DNA of 64,000 bases, from NCBI GenBank assembly GCA_964035545.1, contig OZ037766.1, positions 28,193,673 to 28,257,672 on the forward strand, in the 5' to 3' direction. This document shows positions 1 through 13,471 of this stretch, piece by piece. The stretch's first letter is position 1; each line of letters opens with the position of its first letter. The notes under the pieces were generated by a model. The model ran no database searches and had not been told where the DNA came from. It saw only the letters and a program-made list of their open reading frames with translations. The DNA is from Bugula neritina (Eukaryota > Animalia > Bryozoa). The position numbers were made by a program, and so were the translations under genes.

Positions 1-167
1 GGTCTCATTACTATCTAAACACCTTGAATTTGATAAAATAAACATTTGGATATCTGAAACGGTCAATACATTTCCAAAATGAAATTTACCTCAAACTTTC
101 CTACACCAACAGGATACAAAACGACTTACATGAGCGCATAGAGAGAGAAAAATATGCCATTACTAAC

Positions 168-3100
168 CACTTCATTGCAGTCGTCAGTGGCCAGTATATC
201 GGTCTCGTCATTATTATCAAGAAGAACACTGTCGGACACTGCTGACTTCACTTCCTGTACAGTAGAATCTGCTGAGTCCGATGGAGCAGAAGTCGTGGGG
301 GATTTGGGAGCTACTCCTGCTGTAGATTGGCTGGGAGCTGACTGAGAACTGGTAGTAGAACTGAGAACTGGAGCCACTGAAGTGGTGGGTGTCTGACTAG
401 GAGACGGAGCAGGGGGAGTGGTGGGTGCAGGCTTGTACCACTTCATTATAAGATTTTTAGATCCAAACTTGGCACCTGAATTGCACAAATTTGGTATTTT
501 ATTACAAGATTTGAGAGTAGTTTGAGCGTGATAGTAATTTTTGAAAATGTGTGTTGACTACTTACCATGGATGGAGGCAACTTTGGCGTCGTGTGCCTTA
601 GAATACTCTACCACTATGGAAGTCATAGGACCTTCCCGGTATTCTTTGGGAGTAACCGTTCCGTATTGCTACAAAATATACTAATCGAAATTAACAAGGC
701 ACATACAATCCATTTACACACTTTGAGATGATTATGACACCCAATGAGTTTAGCATCAAAATGATTCCAAGACTTTTTGTTAACAACTTCGCATAGGATA
801 TTTTTCAGAAAATATTCGGCCAGCGCTAAAAAATTAAAGTACATCTTCTCTCTTGTTTCAGTTATTGATTATTTAACTCTGACTGTTCACACGTATTAGA
901 TCATAGCATAGCATCTCAAGATGCAAGCAGGTGCCCTTAGAGTGGCTGGCAAATACAGCTGAAATGACGAATCTTAAACCAACCTTAAAATGGGCCACCA
1001 CAGCATCCTTCTCTTCCGGTTTAAAGCCAAGAATGGTCAATGCTGTTGGGGGAGGAGCCTGTTCCGTATGCTTGAACGCACCGCCTCCTCGGCCACGCCC
1101 TCTTCCGCCTCTGGTACCGCCACGCCCTCGACTGTCCACAATACCCAATGAGCTTGCCTGTAGTATTCACGAACATAAACTCTCAACATCTCATTATTTT
1201 CATCAAATCTGACTGCTAATTTCAGACAATACGGCACATAAACGCTGAATCAAGCCAATCAAAAGACTTTCACAATCCTCAGATATTCTCTACTTAGCTT
1301 TTCCTTCATTACATGATATAAACATGTGCATATATCAATCATTATGCCAATAATAGCAATCCAAGTTTTGGACACCTGCTACTTATTGTGCATGCACTTG
1401 TCATTCAAATGTCACACACCTGCAGATCACATCACACACCTGTCATTCAAATGTCACACACCTGCAGGTCACATCGCACACCTGTCTTTCAAATGTCACA
1501 CACCTGCAGATCACATCACACACCTGTCATTCAAATGCCACACACCTGCAGATCACATCACACACCTGTCATTCAAATGTCACACACCTGCAGGTCACAT
1601 CGCACACCTGTCAGTCAAATGTCACATGCCAGTCACACTCACGTGTTTCTTCAGACTCTCCAGTTTCTGCTGCAGTTCAGCTGTATCCTCACCGGCCAAC
1701 TTCTTCTGGTGGACGTCAATTTCAGCGTCGAGTATTTCCTTAGTGGTCTTGGCAGCTTTGGCTGACGCAGACTTGCTGGCAGCCTGACTCAACTTCAAAG
1801 ACTCCTACGCACAGTGGTTCAAACGCTCACAACAAACAAGAAACACAGCAGCTCAGGACAGATCTAGTGAGGTTTATCATGAAAATCTATTGCCAAGTAT
1901 GTAAGTACTGCATAGTAATAAAAACAGAAAGAAAATACATCATGTAAAATAGACAACGTAGAATTTCGTGATGAAATCACAATATTCATAGAATAGCTAG
2001 CATGAAGACATCTAAGGGAAAGATATGTTTAAAGTTACATCCAAAAAGGAGCATGATTTAGCGTATAGATTTTAAAAAGTGAAATAACCTTCATTTCCTT
2101 GATGTTAATTTCCTGTTTACGGAGCTCTTTGAGAATTTCCGACTTTAGCTTTGGATCTTTCGTCTTTTCAGCTGTCATGAGGAGTTGCTGCAACAACAAA
2201 GTGCTAGTGAAAACAGAGTTTTCCCTGAATGAGCAGAAAACTCCTATTTAAGAATAAAATACATTACAAGTCTCTTCCCAACAGATTTGTAGCCAACAAG
2301 TATACAATGGAATAAACCCATATAGAATTCTGCTATCAAGTACAAAAAATGATGGAAGAGCATACCATCTGCTGGTCTATCAGCTTCATCAGTACTATCT
2401 GTTTCTGCTGCTCAAGATTCCGCGGATCAATTCTCTTGTTCTGCGAGACTTTCCTTGCCTGAGCCGACTTATCCAGTCGAAGTGTTGCTCTGTTCATATT
2501 AGGCTCTACCCGAGCTTTCTATATGTTGAATACATATCAAAGACATGAACGTAGTATTCTATATGTAGAATACAAATCAAAGACATGAACGTAGTATTCT
2601 ATGTTATATAGAATACATAACATAGAATACTGTACTTCAAATACACGAATATGCTCACAAAGAGTATAAAAAAATACAAGAAAATAGCCTGTATGCCTGC
2701 AGGTAACTAACATTACTAATTTACTTGTTTGTAACAACAACTTTGCCAAAGATTTTACAATGTGTGCAGCACTAATCCTAATAACATCACTACAAGATGC
2801 AGCGAATATTAATATATATTAATATAAGATATTTACTACAAGATGCAGTGAATATTACCTTTGGTGGCACACCGGAACCTGCTTTAGAAGCAGCATCCAG
2901 TTTATTTTTAGTCGGTGGTTTGGCAGCGGCAGCAGCCTACAATCATTACAGAATAGTAAGAATATGATGAGATACAGCAAGAGAGAATACCAGTTCAAAT
3001 GTTTACACTTTACAGAGTAGATCTGGCATTGAATGGCATTAGACAAAAACCTCTCACGCTTTGAGCCTAGGTCTAACCTCCAAACACTACATATGTGTAC

Positions 3101-6100
3101 AGGATTATAATTAAAAGAGCATAATATCTTTCCATAGAGAAGCTTTACTGCAAACTATAAAAACGAGTTTATCAAAGCACTTTGGGAAAAGTTTTGTGTC
3201 CAAAAGCTGCAAGTGTGGAGAATCTGCAATAGCAAGTCCACCATAACCAAGAAAAAAAAAACCACCAGCTTGTCCAAGTAACTAAATTATCCCCAATATA
3301 AGATGGCAAAACGTACGATATACTAATAAACATCACTCAAACCATACATGTTATACCAACAACATAACTTGTACACGCAATGGGTATATCTAGAGTATAA
3401 CTTGCACAAACAGAGAATATCTGCAGTATAACTTGTATACAGAGTATATCTGCAGTATAACTTGTATACAGAGTATATCTACAGTATAACTTGTATACAG
3501 AGCATATCTGCAGTATAACTTGTATACAGAGTATACCTGCAGTATAATTTGCATACACACACAGCACACCTGTATCTTGAAGACCATGCAGCAGCAAAAC
3601 TACTCACCTGTTTGCCAGACTTATCGCTGTTCTGACCGCCTTCATTGTACCAGAAGATTTTAATGAATCTGTTGTTGAAAAGAGGTTCGGGGTTCTGATG
3701 CGCTTGCTTAGCCTCCTCATTGGTTGAGAAAGTGACTAGAGCTGTGGTAGGGCAACCGTTGTACTGCACCTGATCCACAAATACACACAAAGTGTGTAAT
3801 AGGGTAGACATCATAGAAGAGAAAGTTTATACACACAGTGTAATTAACATAATATACCCAGATATTATAGTGGAAAACACATGAACATAATATAATAAAT
3901 GTAATATAATATTTAAGTATGTAACATACATATTGTATGCTATATAATATACACAAATAATAAAACATGTGTATGTATGCTGTATAATATACAGCCAGCA
4001 GACAATCTCCCATTCCTCTGTATAATAAAGCAGTTAAATATGAATAACACAATCTAAAGCTATTTTATTCAATAACAAGTAAAGAAATGGCAATTCCAAG
4101 TAAAGCGTTACTTTCAAAGTTGACTACTCATTAACAAATCAAGCCTTGGCAAAGTAGAAATTAGCTCAAATTAGGCTTTAGAAAATAATTAACAAACTTT
4201 TCTATAACTAACTTAAGCAACAGCAGTTTTCTAGATACCTGGATGTTGTGAATGGTGCCGAACTTCTCAAAGTGCTGGTGCAGGGTGACGATCTTGTTGA
4301 ACTCAACTGGCAAATTACGAATCTCCAGAGTGGCTCTGTTGGGGTCTCTGATTGGTGGGTGAGAAGTACCAGGTCTCTACAATGACCAATCAGCATGCAG
4401 TAAAAAGTACTGCCTGCTTTCTTGTGAATAGGTGCTATATACCAATAGCTGAGAATAATACCACCACTTCTACTACCACCACTATCCTTACCACTATCAC
4501 TACTATCACTGTCACTACTACCATTACTATCACTGCCACTACTACTACTGCTGCTACTACCACTACCACTACTATCACTGCCACTACTACTGCTACTACA
4601 ACATACTAACCACCCATGAACACCACTGCAAGTTTTTAGTTGCTGGTTACATCCACTCACCGGCTGACCATTATTAGCTGAATATCTCGGCCTGTACATC
4701 TGGTGGGGACGGGGTCCCATAGACCCCATTCTCATAGGTCCAGGGTGAAGGGCATGAGGGGGCATACCGGTGAAACCCCCCATGGGTCTTGGCTGGGTCA
4801 TCATGAAGTTGGAACCTCTTGGGTGCATTCCTGGCCTTATAGCTGGGTTAGGAGCCCACATACGAGGCAACTCCGGGTTGTATGGCTCAACTTGATAACA
4901 AATAACAAAGTATTGCCAACCTACTGGCGCAAACAAACTTCACATAAACAGCCAAAGTAAGTAAAATAACAACGAATAAAGAGCCGAGTTCAAGCTAAGA
5001 TATATAACATATGTAATACAAAACTATGCAGCTTTTAGTAGCTTATGATTGAGTCCAATGTGATAAATATTCAAATGATTTTTTACATAAAATGAAGTTA
5101 TTTTTATTTTTTCTAATCATTTGGTGGCATGAAATGCAAGTTCAAATGGACTTAATACAGTATTGTAGATAATAATGTATATATATACATTATTATCTAC
5201 AATACTGTATTAAGTCCATTTGAACTTGCATTTCATACCACCAAACATTTAGAAAAAATAAAAATAACTTCATTTGATGTAAAAAATCATTTATGAATGC
5301 AGTATTAAAACTGATATCGTCATCAGGTGACAATATAATAAAATTCAAATGCATACAAGCTTGTATTCCCACAAAGCTTGTTATAAATGCATTGAGAGAT
5401 GGGCCCTCTCCAGCACCACCCAAACTAACTGGAATACAGCTAAGAATATCTCTTAATATTACACAGTAGCTGAAAACTACAAATATTTGGAAAAGTAACC
5501 TCCAGCATTTCTTTACAGTTCCAAGTTCAGTGCTATTAGCCAAAGGTTTCAATAAATATATGCTTCTACGGGTTTTTATATGAATCAGAAATACATATTT
5601 TATGGTATTGAAGAATTCTTGAAACGAATATAATCATAATACAAGCGGACTATTTAAACAAATACCTAGAGATGGTCTGGGTGGAACTGGTTGCTGATTG
5701 GGTAATATTGCTGGGGAGGGATTCACTGGAGCCAATGGCTGACTAGTTGATGAAGAGTTGAAATTCAGTGTAGTAACATCGGTCATGACGACGGCATCGT
5801 TACCGTGTGAGAAAGGACACAGGTCACCTTTTAGACAGTATCCTTGCACTGTAACACATGGACATGACTACAGCAACAATGTGAACTCTCTCAACTATTC
5901 AATAACACAATTATATCTAAGAGCTCGTTACACTTTGCGGAACTACATTTAAATAACCTGTGATTTTTCCGATGATTTCACATCTGAAGAATTGAACTTT
6001 AAAAATAAAAACCAATTACATTCTCTACGTGTTGAACTGATCTATTTCAAAATTCCCTTTACAAAAGTTACATATCAGAAAATTATTGCTTAAAATTGAA

Positions 6101-9100
6101 CTGATTGCAACAACTAACAAAAGATCAGTGTTTATTAGTTTCCTAATCAAAATATACATCAACTAAAGAGAAATATTATTCAATTCATGAATTAATAGAT
6201 TCAACAGTGAAAATCTATAAGCCTTGCATTACTTAGTTATTGAGCAATTGTGAGCCCACTAGCAGCCATATTAATGTTTTGTTACTAGACAACGCTGATT
6301 CTATCAACAACCTCAAACACAACTGACACTGCTGGACCACGGGAGCTAGGCTTACCGTCGTAATCTTGACATCTTTGTCGGGATTCTGTCGTTTTATTGG
6401 CAGGCGGTTTCACCGGGTTGAGTGACGACAACAAATCCAAGGGAGAACGAGATCTGCGGCTCGGTGATTTACGAGGGCTCAGCGAACGTCTCGGGGACCT
6501 GCAACGCAATGCGAGTCAGAAACTGTGGCTAACCAATAAACAAATGGCAAGTTTGTATGATTATAAGAAATGGGGCAATGAGAGTCAGTAGAGAAGAGTG
6601 GAGGTGGTTACAATATCTATCAACAACAAATGAAGATCTTACTGTTGTTCCTGATGAGACAGAAATCTCACCAGCCTTCTTTATTGTAATAAACAACCAA
6701 CATGTTAATATAATCTCTGTATAGCCAAGTGTTTGACATACAGAAAACATTATTATATAGTAGTATTACATAGCACTAATGAGTAATAGTTAGTAGTACT
6801 AATAGAGTAGTATGCAGTAGTACTAATTGAGTAGTACTCAGTAGTACTAATTGAGTAGTACTCAGTAGTACTAATTGAGTAGTACTCAGTAGTACTAATT
6901 GAGTAGTACTCAGTAGTACTAATTGAGTAGTACTCATAGTGATATAAGAGAATAGCATTAATTAGAAATAAAATAGTAACATTAAATATAACCAACATGT
7001 AGTACAAGCAGAATAGCCATCACTGTCACAGCTAGACTTTGGATAAGGTCAAGTACTCATTATATTCAACACTAACCTTGACCTTCTGCGGGGAGCTGGA
7101 GAGGCGGATCGTCGTGGTGACCTGCTGCGGCGTCTGGGAGGTGGAGCGTTACCGTTGTCGTAACGTCTGCCAAAGTCATTGTGGTAATTTCCTCTGCCCA
7201 GTCTACTTCGAGCTCCTCTCTTGTTACTGCGGGGTGCATACCCACCTCCCCCACCTCGGTAATTACCTCTGCTATAACCTAGCCTAAGAACACAAGAAGG
7301 TACTAACATATATGAGTGCACAAAGTTCGATGACACCGTTTATAAAGGTACAAAGGCTAAATGGTGGATGACAAAATAATACTACTTCTTGCTATCTTTG
7401 TTGAAATGTTGACACCATAAAATTTATAAATGGCTAAACAATAGAAGACTGTCATACTTATACTATGAATACACCCAATAAAGGAATGAATATAAATACT
7501 ATTTCTTTCTCATAAAAGGCAAAACATTATATTATGACTGAAATTCCAACTAGTAACAACCAATAGGCTTCAATTTTACACATAGCATCTAACTATGAGA
7601 AGCCAGAGGGAAGGATATATCACCGTCTGTGTGGAGAGATTCTGTGCCGATTTTGTGAGTGACCGGATGGAGACTGGCTCTTTGACCTTGACCTTTTGCT
7701 GGTACGCCTGTGATCTCTGTCATCGTCAGACAGCTCGTCGTCAGTATCGTGGGCCTTTGAGTCCTGCCTGGAGACTGCAGACTCCTGTCTAGACAGAGCT
7801 GAGTCGGTGTTCCTGTGTAAAACATGAATAAAGGGTCAATGGATTAGTTTAAAACAAAAGCCATGAGCCGTTCTGGCAGTTTGCAGGTCATAAACTGTGC
7901 CATAAAACAATCAAATTAAGGTTGATATGTTCTGAATGTCATGTGTAGAGCTATAGATTCATAAACACAGGCTAAAGATTTTCTATACAAACGCATTTAT
8001 TATTAAAACTGAGGCTGAAGGAAATTCTGAGCCCCTCTGGTATAGGAAGGCCCTTTGCAGGTCACAAACTAAAACACTAAAATCAGAATTTATATACTGT
8101 GAATGTCGCAAGTAGAATTATAGATTCACAAACACAGACCAAAAATTGACTCATTTAAAAATTTTTTTCTTCAATAAAACTGAGGCTGAAGGAAATTCTA
8201 ATTCTTACTCTTGATTTTCTGAAGTGGTATTTACAAGGTGAGAGTTGGGGTCTCCTGCAGTGTCAGTTTGAGTTATATATGACTTGTCTTGTAGCACTGA
8301 GAACAGCCTCATGACAAACGACTCTGTATCTACAATGATATATGAGACATGTAGGCCTAATACAGTATGACAACATAGAGTACACACCTAGTAGTATTTT
8401 ATATGCAAGAAATCACTGCAAGTAGACACTGCATAGAAATGAAGCCCAAACTTTGAATGTAGACCAGAAATAACTTATTTTGCAAAGTCTAAGTAGTAAA
8501 AAGTTGATGCTGGTGACATACCAATAGAAAAAAAAGTATAGGCTAAAGTAAGGCTGCAAAAATACATTTATGGAATATTAAAACCTGCAGCAATATCATG
8601 GTTAAAACTCCAATACAGCTTTATAGTTGTGTACCCAATCAAATTAACCACATTTCTTTCAAGTGCATCTTCAATCACTGCAGTTTGGCAAACCTGATTG
8701 TGATGTTTTAGGCTGATAGGGAAGGTAATTAGTAAACTACCATAGATACATGTAAAGCAATTACAGTCACCCAGAACTTCAGACAAACAAGTTTTATTTT
8801 ATGTTGTTTAGGTAAATTACTTAGAGCTTTTTCTGATGTCTGTGATGTATTTTATGGTATATCATGTGTAACAGGATTGTTATAACAAATAGTGGTTAAA
8901 CAGCAAGAAAGATATTGCAGGCCTGCTCTATAATGTGCATTCTAGCAGCTACTGCTTTAAATAAGACAGAAAGCAAACACTTCATAGTGTATTTTACATA
9001 TAATATAATACACACAGTATATAGTATATTCTATACAACTAATACAGATAATAAGCATACTACATAGTAGCCTATATTCTATACAACTAGTACAGTGAGC

Positions 9101-10170
9101 AAGCATACTATAACATAGTGTATTATATACAAATAACAGAGTGGATAAGCACACTATATTATAGTATACTATAATATAGTGTATTATAGTATACAAATAA
9201 CAGAGTGGATAAGTAGACTATATATGTGAAAATATGAAATAATTTATAACATTGGGCAGTAAAGCCCTGGTCAAACACAATTGGTCTCTTGGGGCTTTGC
9301 TTCTGGTGGCAGGCAACTCCCACAGAGGTTTTCACCAAACACGTTTTCTCTTCCATCTGCAGGACTTTGTGAGAGACACACACAACTTGCATACAGAAAC
9401 GCATCAGAGTTACCAATGACCAAGTTAAAGCTGCACCACATCAGCTATTCTGTTAAACTAGGCCGCAAACAAGATATTAGAATCTTACTTCCAGTGAGGA
9501 AAACTGACAGATTTTCACATATTGAAGGTTTAAACTCTTCCTCGGTATCAGGTCCCTTTCTAACGAGAGCAACAGTATACTTGGCGACAGCATCTGGGTC
9601 AGCGTCGATACTACAAGGGAATAGCAGTCAGTAGGTTAGCTTGCGTACAACACATTGCTGTGACCATGGGGAGCATACCTGGTCCAAACATGTCAGGCTA
9701 ATGCTGCCTAATGCAACAAACAGAACGTAACAGATACTAGAAGTGTTACCAACTGCAAGGACACGTTGAACTGTTTACAATTCTTAGCAAATTAACTGTA
9801 AATTAAGATCATAAAAAGACAAATTGTTTAATGCAGTCAAAGAGAGGCATGGAATTGCAGTTATTTTGAATAGCTCAAAACTTGTTCAAACTTTTTAGCA
9901 CAAGGAGTTGCTGATTACAAAATATAGTAACCCTGTTTTAAACCCAGACACCAAAAAAAGCACGAACCTGTTTTAAGCTTAAACACCTAAAAGCCTAAAA
10001 GTGTGGCCAGCACAGCATTGAGCAAGGTAGCTGGAAACAACTCAGTAACTTAATAATCAAATGTCGAAAATTCTGTTGTTGTGATATAAAAATGGCTGTA
10101 TTTCCTACCTTTCTTTGCTAAGCTCTGCTATGACCCAGTCTTTAAGGCGATCTGCATCATCTACTATCAT
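168..10170 (-). CDS. RBM26: RNA-binding protein 26/27 orthologue (PWI, RS-rich, CCCH zinc finger, two RRMs, coiled coil, RGG); 3' end probably outside the window
   Basis: 17 GT-AG exons in continuous phase (minus strand): 10109-10170, 9489-9610, 8209-8329, 7624-7812, 7077-7283, 6356-6498, 5666-5848, 4661-4890, 4239-4376, 3608-3769, 2859-2936, 2366-2518, 2089-2187, 1643-1804, 984-1157, 566-668, 168-475 (878 codons). The N-terminus MIVDDADRLKDWVIAELSKESIDADPDAVAKYTVALVRK...LSVFLTGNTESFVMRLFSVLQDKSY matches the RBM26/27 PWI domain. CCCH finger: RCQDYDVQGYCLKGDLCPFSHG. RRM1: LEIRNLPVEFNKIVTLHQHFEKFGTIHNIQV...ALVTFSTNEEAKQAHQNPEPLFNNRFIKIFW. Coiled coil EILDAEIDVHQKKLAGEDTAELQQKL, then an RGRGG box. 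The last exon could instead read on to TAA at 126 or use the donor at 129. Confidence 0.93.
1399..1628. repeat. 42-bp minisatellite, about 5.5 copies, in an RBM26 intron
   Basis: Unit TGTCATTCAAATGTCACACACCTGCAGATCACATCACACACC; it explains the spurious ORFs 1326-1787 and 1388-1765. Confidence 0.95.
3386..3556. repeat. 29-bp minisatellite, about 6 copies
   Basis: Unit TATATCTGCAGTATAACTTGTATACAGAG. Confidence 0.9.
4459..4600. repeat. (ACT/ACC)n trinucleotide-type low-complexity tract
   Basis: Degenerate ACT/ACC/ATC triplets in an RBM26 intron; source of the poly-Thr and poly-Ser ORFs. Confidence 0.9.
5073..5292. repeat. Spacerless long palindrome with arms of about 110 bp
   Basis: Arms are reverse complements around a TATATATA centre at 5182/5183, e.g. 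GAAATGCAAGTTCAAATGGACTTAATACAGTATTGTAGATAATAATGTATAT against ATATACATTATTATCTACAATACTGTATTAAGTCCATTTGAACTTGCATTTC, with a few mismatches further out. Confidence 0.95.
6776..6937. repeat. 24-bp minisatellite, about 6-7 copies
   Basis: Unit GAGTAGTACTCAGTAGTACTAATT. Confidence 0.92.
7879..8199. repeat. Diverged tandem duplication of about 150-175 bp in an RBM26 intron
   Basis: TTTGCAGGTCA(T/C)AAACT...TATAGATTCA(T/C)AAACACAG...TAAAACTGAGGCTGAAGGAAATTCT occurs twice (about 7879-8028 and 8054-8199). Confidence 0.8.
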
Positions 10171-11979
10171 CTTATAAGGCTACTGTATGGCCAGTATGTT
10201 ATAGGTATGGTAAAACTAAAAGTAGAAATAATTAACAGCCGTGTAGTTTTCACAGGAATAATTATTATAAGATAACATTACAAATTGTTTTTAAATTCTG
10301 TGTAGATAAACAATGTGGGGAAGTAACAAAAAATATGAAGAGAATGTTTTAAATTCCTTATATTTTAAACCTAACAATATACTTATGATATCATATGTAG
10401 CGGTAAACAAACGTTACTGCAGTCGCACTGTGTAACATATCAATGATAAATCAATAATATGATAATGAAAATTATTCCGATATTTTTGTTATAAAAACTC
10501 TCTCAGGTGACCAATGATGTGTCTGACAGAAAATAAAAGTGTCAAATTTTAAAAAACTCACCCTGAGGCCAATGTGCCTAATGCAAAATTGAATATATTT
10601 GAAGCATCTGACAATCACTAAAAATAAATTCAGCTCATACAAATGAAAATAAAAATGATGCTGAGTGTATAGGAAAATAAATAGCGGTAATTAATTGACA
10701 TTGCAGCTGTTAATTTTTAGGTCAGGTTAAATTTTAACATTTCAAGGCTAAAAATTACATTATGAGATCAAATATACCTGGTCTTACGCCAAAACAGTTG
10801 GGTTGTAGTGAATTTAAAACATATATGCAAAATGCACTCTTTCTCTCTTGCCATTTTACATGCAAAATGCACTAGGTGTATAGAAAGTAGAAACCAAAGA
10901 TATAATGGACTTGTGCATAAACTTTACAGAAAAAACTTCACCGAGCTGTTGATAAATTATAAAAAAATTAGTTTATAAGCTGTTAAATTAATTATCACTG
11001 TGTTCGCTTATACAATATAATTTTATATTTCATATTGGCAATATTTATATAATATTGAGGGAAATTATTAATTCCAATTATTCCACCTAATTTCAAATAA
11101 TTATTATTACATATATTTCATTATTACATGATGTTACATATATTGCTGTCTTTGTAACCTTTGTTACAATAATCACTGATTACTTGTTATAATCATCATC
11201 ATGCATCATAGTTAAAATGACTTTTTTACCATAAATGTTATTTCTTTCAAGTAGATCCATAGAGCAGGTTTCGCTCTATGACAATAATTTGATGAATTCT
11301 TGGAAGATGACAAAGGCCTACATTTCAGTAAAATATTAGGTCTTAAAATGAAATTTCCAACTTGCCAAATTCAAGTTACAATTTTAGTGTATTAGCACGG
11401 CTTGATAGCCTACTATTATTATGAATATACACTTTTATATTACTAAAATGAAAATTTATAGCAGCATAGTGTTGCACTAAGCTAAGTACTAACCAGAAAC
11501 TAGGGAAGCAACTTTCAATGATCAATATATTCTGCACCATTCAGTTGAAGCAAACGTGAAAACTGCTCTCACAAACTGCTTAAACTATGATGATAATCCC
11601 TATGATTGTCATGGGATAATCATCCCCATGGAGCCTAATAGTAATAATAATTCATATTTTATTTGCTGAAATCCATCATCATTGTCACTTCATCATTAAT
11701 GATAATATTTTAATGGATAATATCATTATGATCACTGTAAAATAAAAATTAAATTATTCATGGCTGTTGTTATTTGTGACTGGTTTATTGGTTATTTGTT
11801 ATTTACAACATGAATCAGAATATGAACTAAAATAAGATTATAATTCCTATTACTTACTTTTATTTTAAACAATACCAATACATAAAAAATATCATCATTA
11901 TGTATTTCACATTGTCATATTTTGTAATAGTCACAGCTATTACCTATATTTAAAATAATCACAATGACTATGAGTTATA

Positions 11980-12815
11980 ATAATCATCCTAATAATAATG
12001 TTATAAGTTACAGTAAAAAGGCATGCTGATAGTAATACTAGTAATATTACTAATAGTAATAGTGAGATTGACTCTGAGCATGAGATTAAGTATCAATATC
12101 TGTATCACTATCAGTATGCGTATCACTATTACTGTAATAGTATTACTTTTACTATTACTTAAAAATTTATTAGTATTAGACTTGGCCATTAGTGTAACTA
12201 TTACTATAAGTATAACTATAGGTATAAGCAATAATATTACTATTACAGTTACTATTAGTATTAGTATTAGTAATACTAATACTAGTAACTTAATAATTAA
12301 CAGTAATACTATGTCTATTGTCAATCAATACTAATGCTAATAGTAATACTAATACTAATAGTAATAGTTATAGTATTGTAGAAGTTATAAAACTAATTAT
12401 ATCTGCATCAAATACTAATACCAATGGTAAATACTAAATTCATTATTATAATTTAATTGACAATGTAATTTAAGTTAAGTAATTATTAATATTATAATTA
12501 TTATTGCAATTATTATTAATATGATTATCATTATGATTATCAATACTGAAACTGAATTACTATTAGAATATCAATAACTATAAGAATACAATAAATCAAA
12601 ATAACAAATAGAAATGCTGATTACTAATTTATAATTATTATTAGTATTACTATTAAATTTGGCATTAGATTCCGCATTACTATTAGTATTACTATTAGCA
12701 TTACTAACAGTAAGTCAAAGTGTAACACTAAATTACTGACTAAAAGTAAAAGTAAATGCTAATACAGTATTACTATTATTACTAGTAATACTATTGTCTA
12801 TTAGTATTACTATTT
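11980..12815. repeat. AT-rich low-complexity (TAA/TAG/ACT) tract between RBM26 and RNF7
   Basis: Degenerate triplet and hexamer runs such as AGTAAT and TACTAA; they produce the Ile/Leu-rich spurious ORFs at 12001-12334. Confidence 0.8.
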
Positions 12816-13471
12816 GATCGACTACGTCTACTGGCAAGTTCTACATTCACATTGAGTTTGAGTGATTAACTTTAAGTTTATTATTGTGATACTCATACTG
12901 ATTGGCTTGGAGTTGGACTCCGACGCGACTCGGACTTGGTTATACTTATGGTAAATAATAATTATTGAAATTGCAATAACTTTTTTCAAAATCAAAGCAG
13001 TACTAAACGCTAGATTTTTGAGCAAAATCACTCTATATGCGTTAATAAAGATGAAAATAATCAAATAGACTTCGACTAAGTCATAAATTAAAACCTTTGA
13101 GAAACATCAATACGGGTAATTTTACGAAATTTACGTGTGCGTGCAGCGGATTCAGTTAAAAATATAGCCGAAAACAAAAACATCTTATTATTTAGATTCA
13201 AATGCAAATAATATTTATATAAAGATTTAGTTTTAAAATTTTCAATATTTTGCATGCAATTTATCAAAAAAAGTATTTTACTTCTTATAATAATTGCACT
13301 CGTTGAGAGTTTTTCGTTGAAGGGTAAATAAAGGTCATTTACATACATTGTGATTGTGATTGCTATAGTATTGATATAGCAAAATATAATTTTTATTTTG
13401 TGTGGCATCTTCAATAAAATTTAATAATTCAATATAATATTCACATTGAGAAGTTTTTAGTTATATGTGTT

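Noticed and set aside
1326-1787. Cys/His-repeat ORFs resembling a metal-binding protein
   Set aside because: They come from the 42-bp minisatellite plus the antisense strand of an RBM26 exon.
6776-6937. Regularly spaced repeats that might suggest a CRISPR array
   Set aside because: The units are contiguous with no unique spacers, there are no cas genes, and the context is a eukaryotic intron.
11258-11280. 8-bp hairpin CATAGAGC...GCTCTATG as a Helitron 3' end
   Set aside because: I could not identify a properly placed CTRR terminus or a matching 5' end.
12001-12334. Ile/Leu-rich hydrophobic ORFs on both strands
   Set aside because: Low-complexity AT-rich triplet sequence; no splice or codon evidence.
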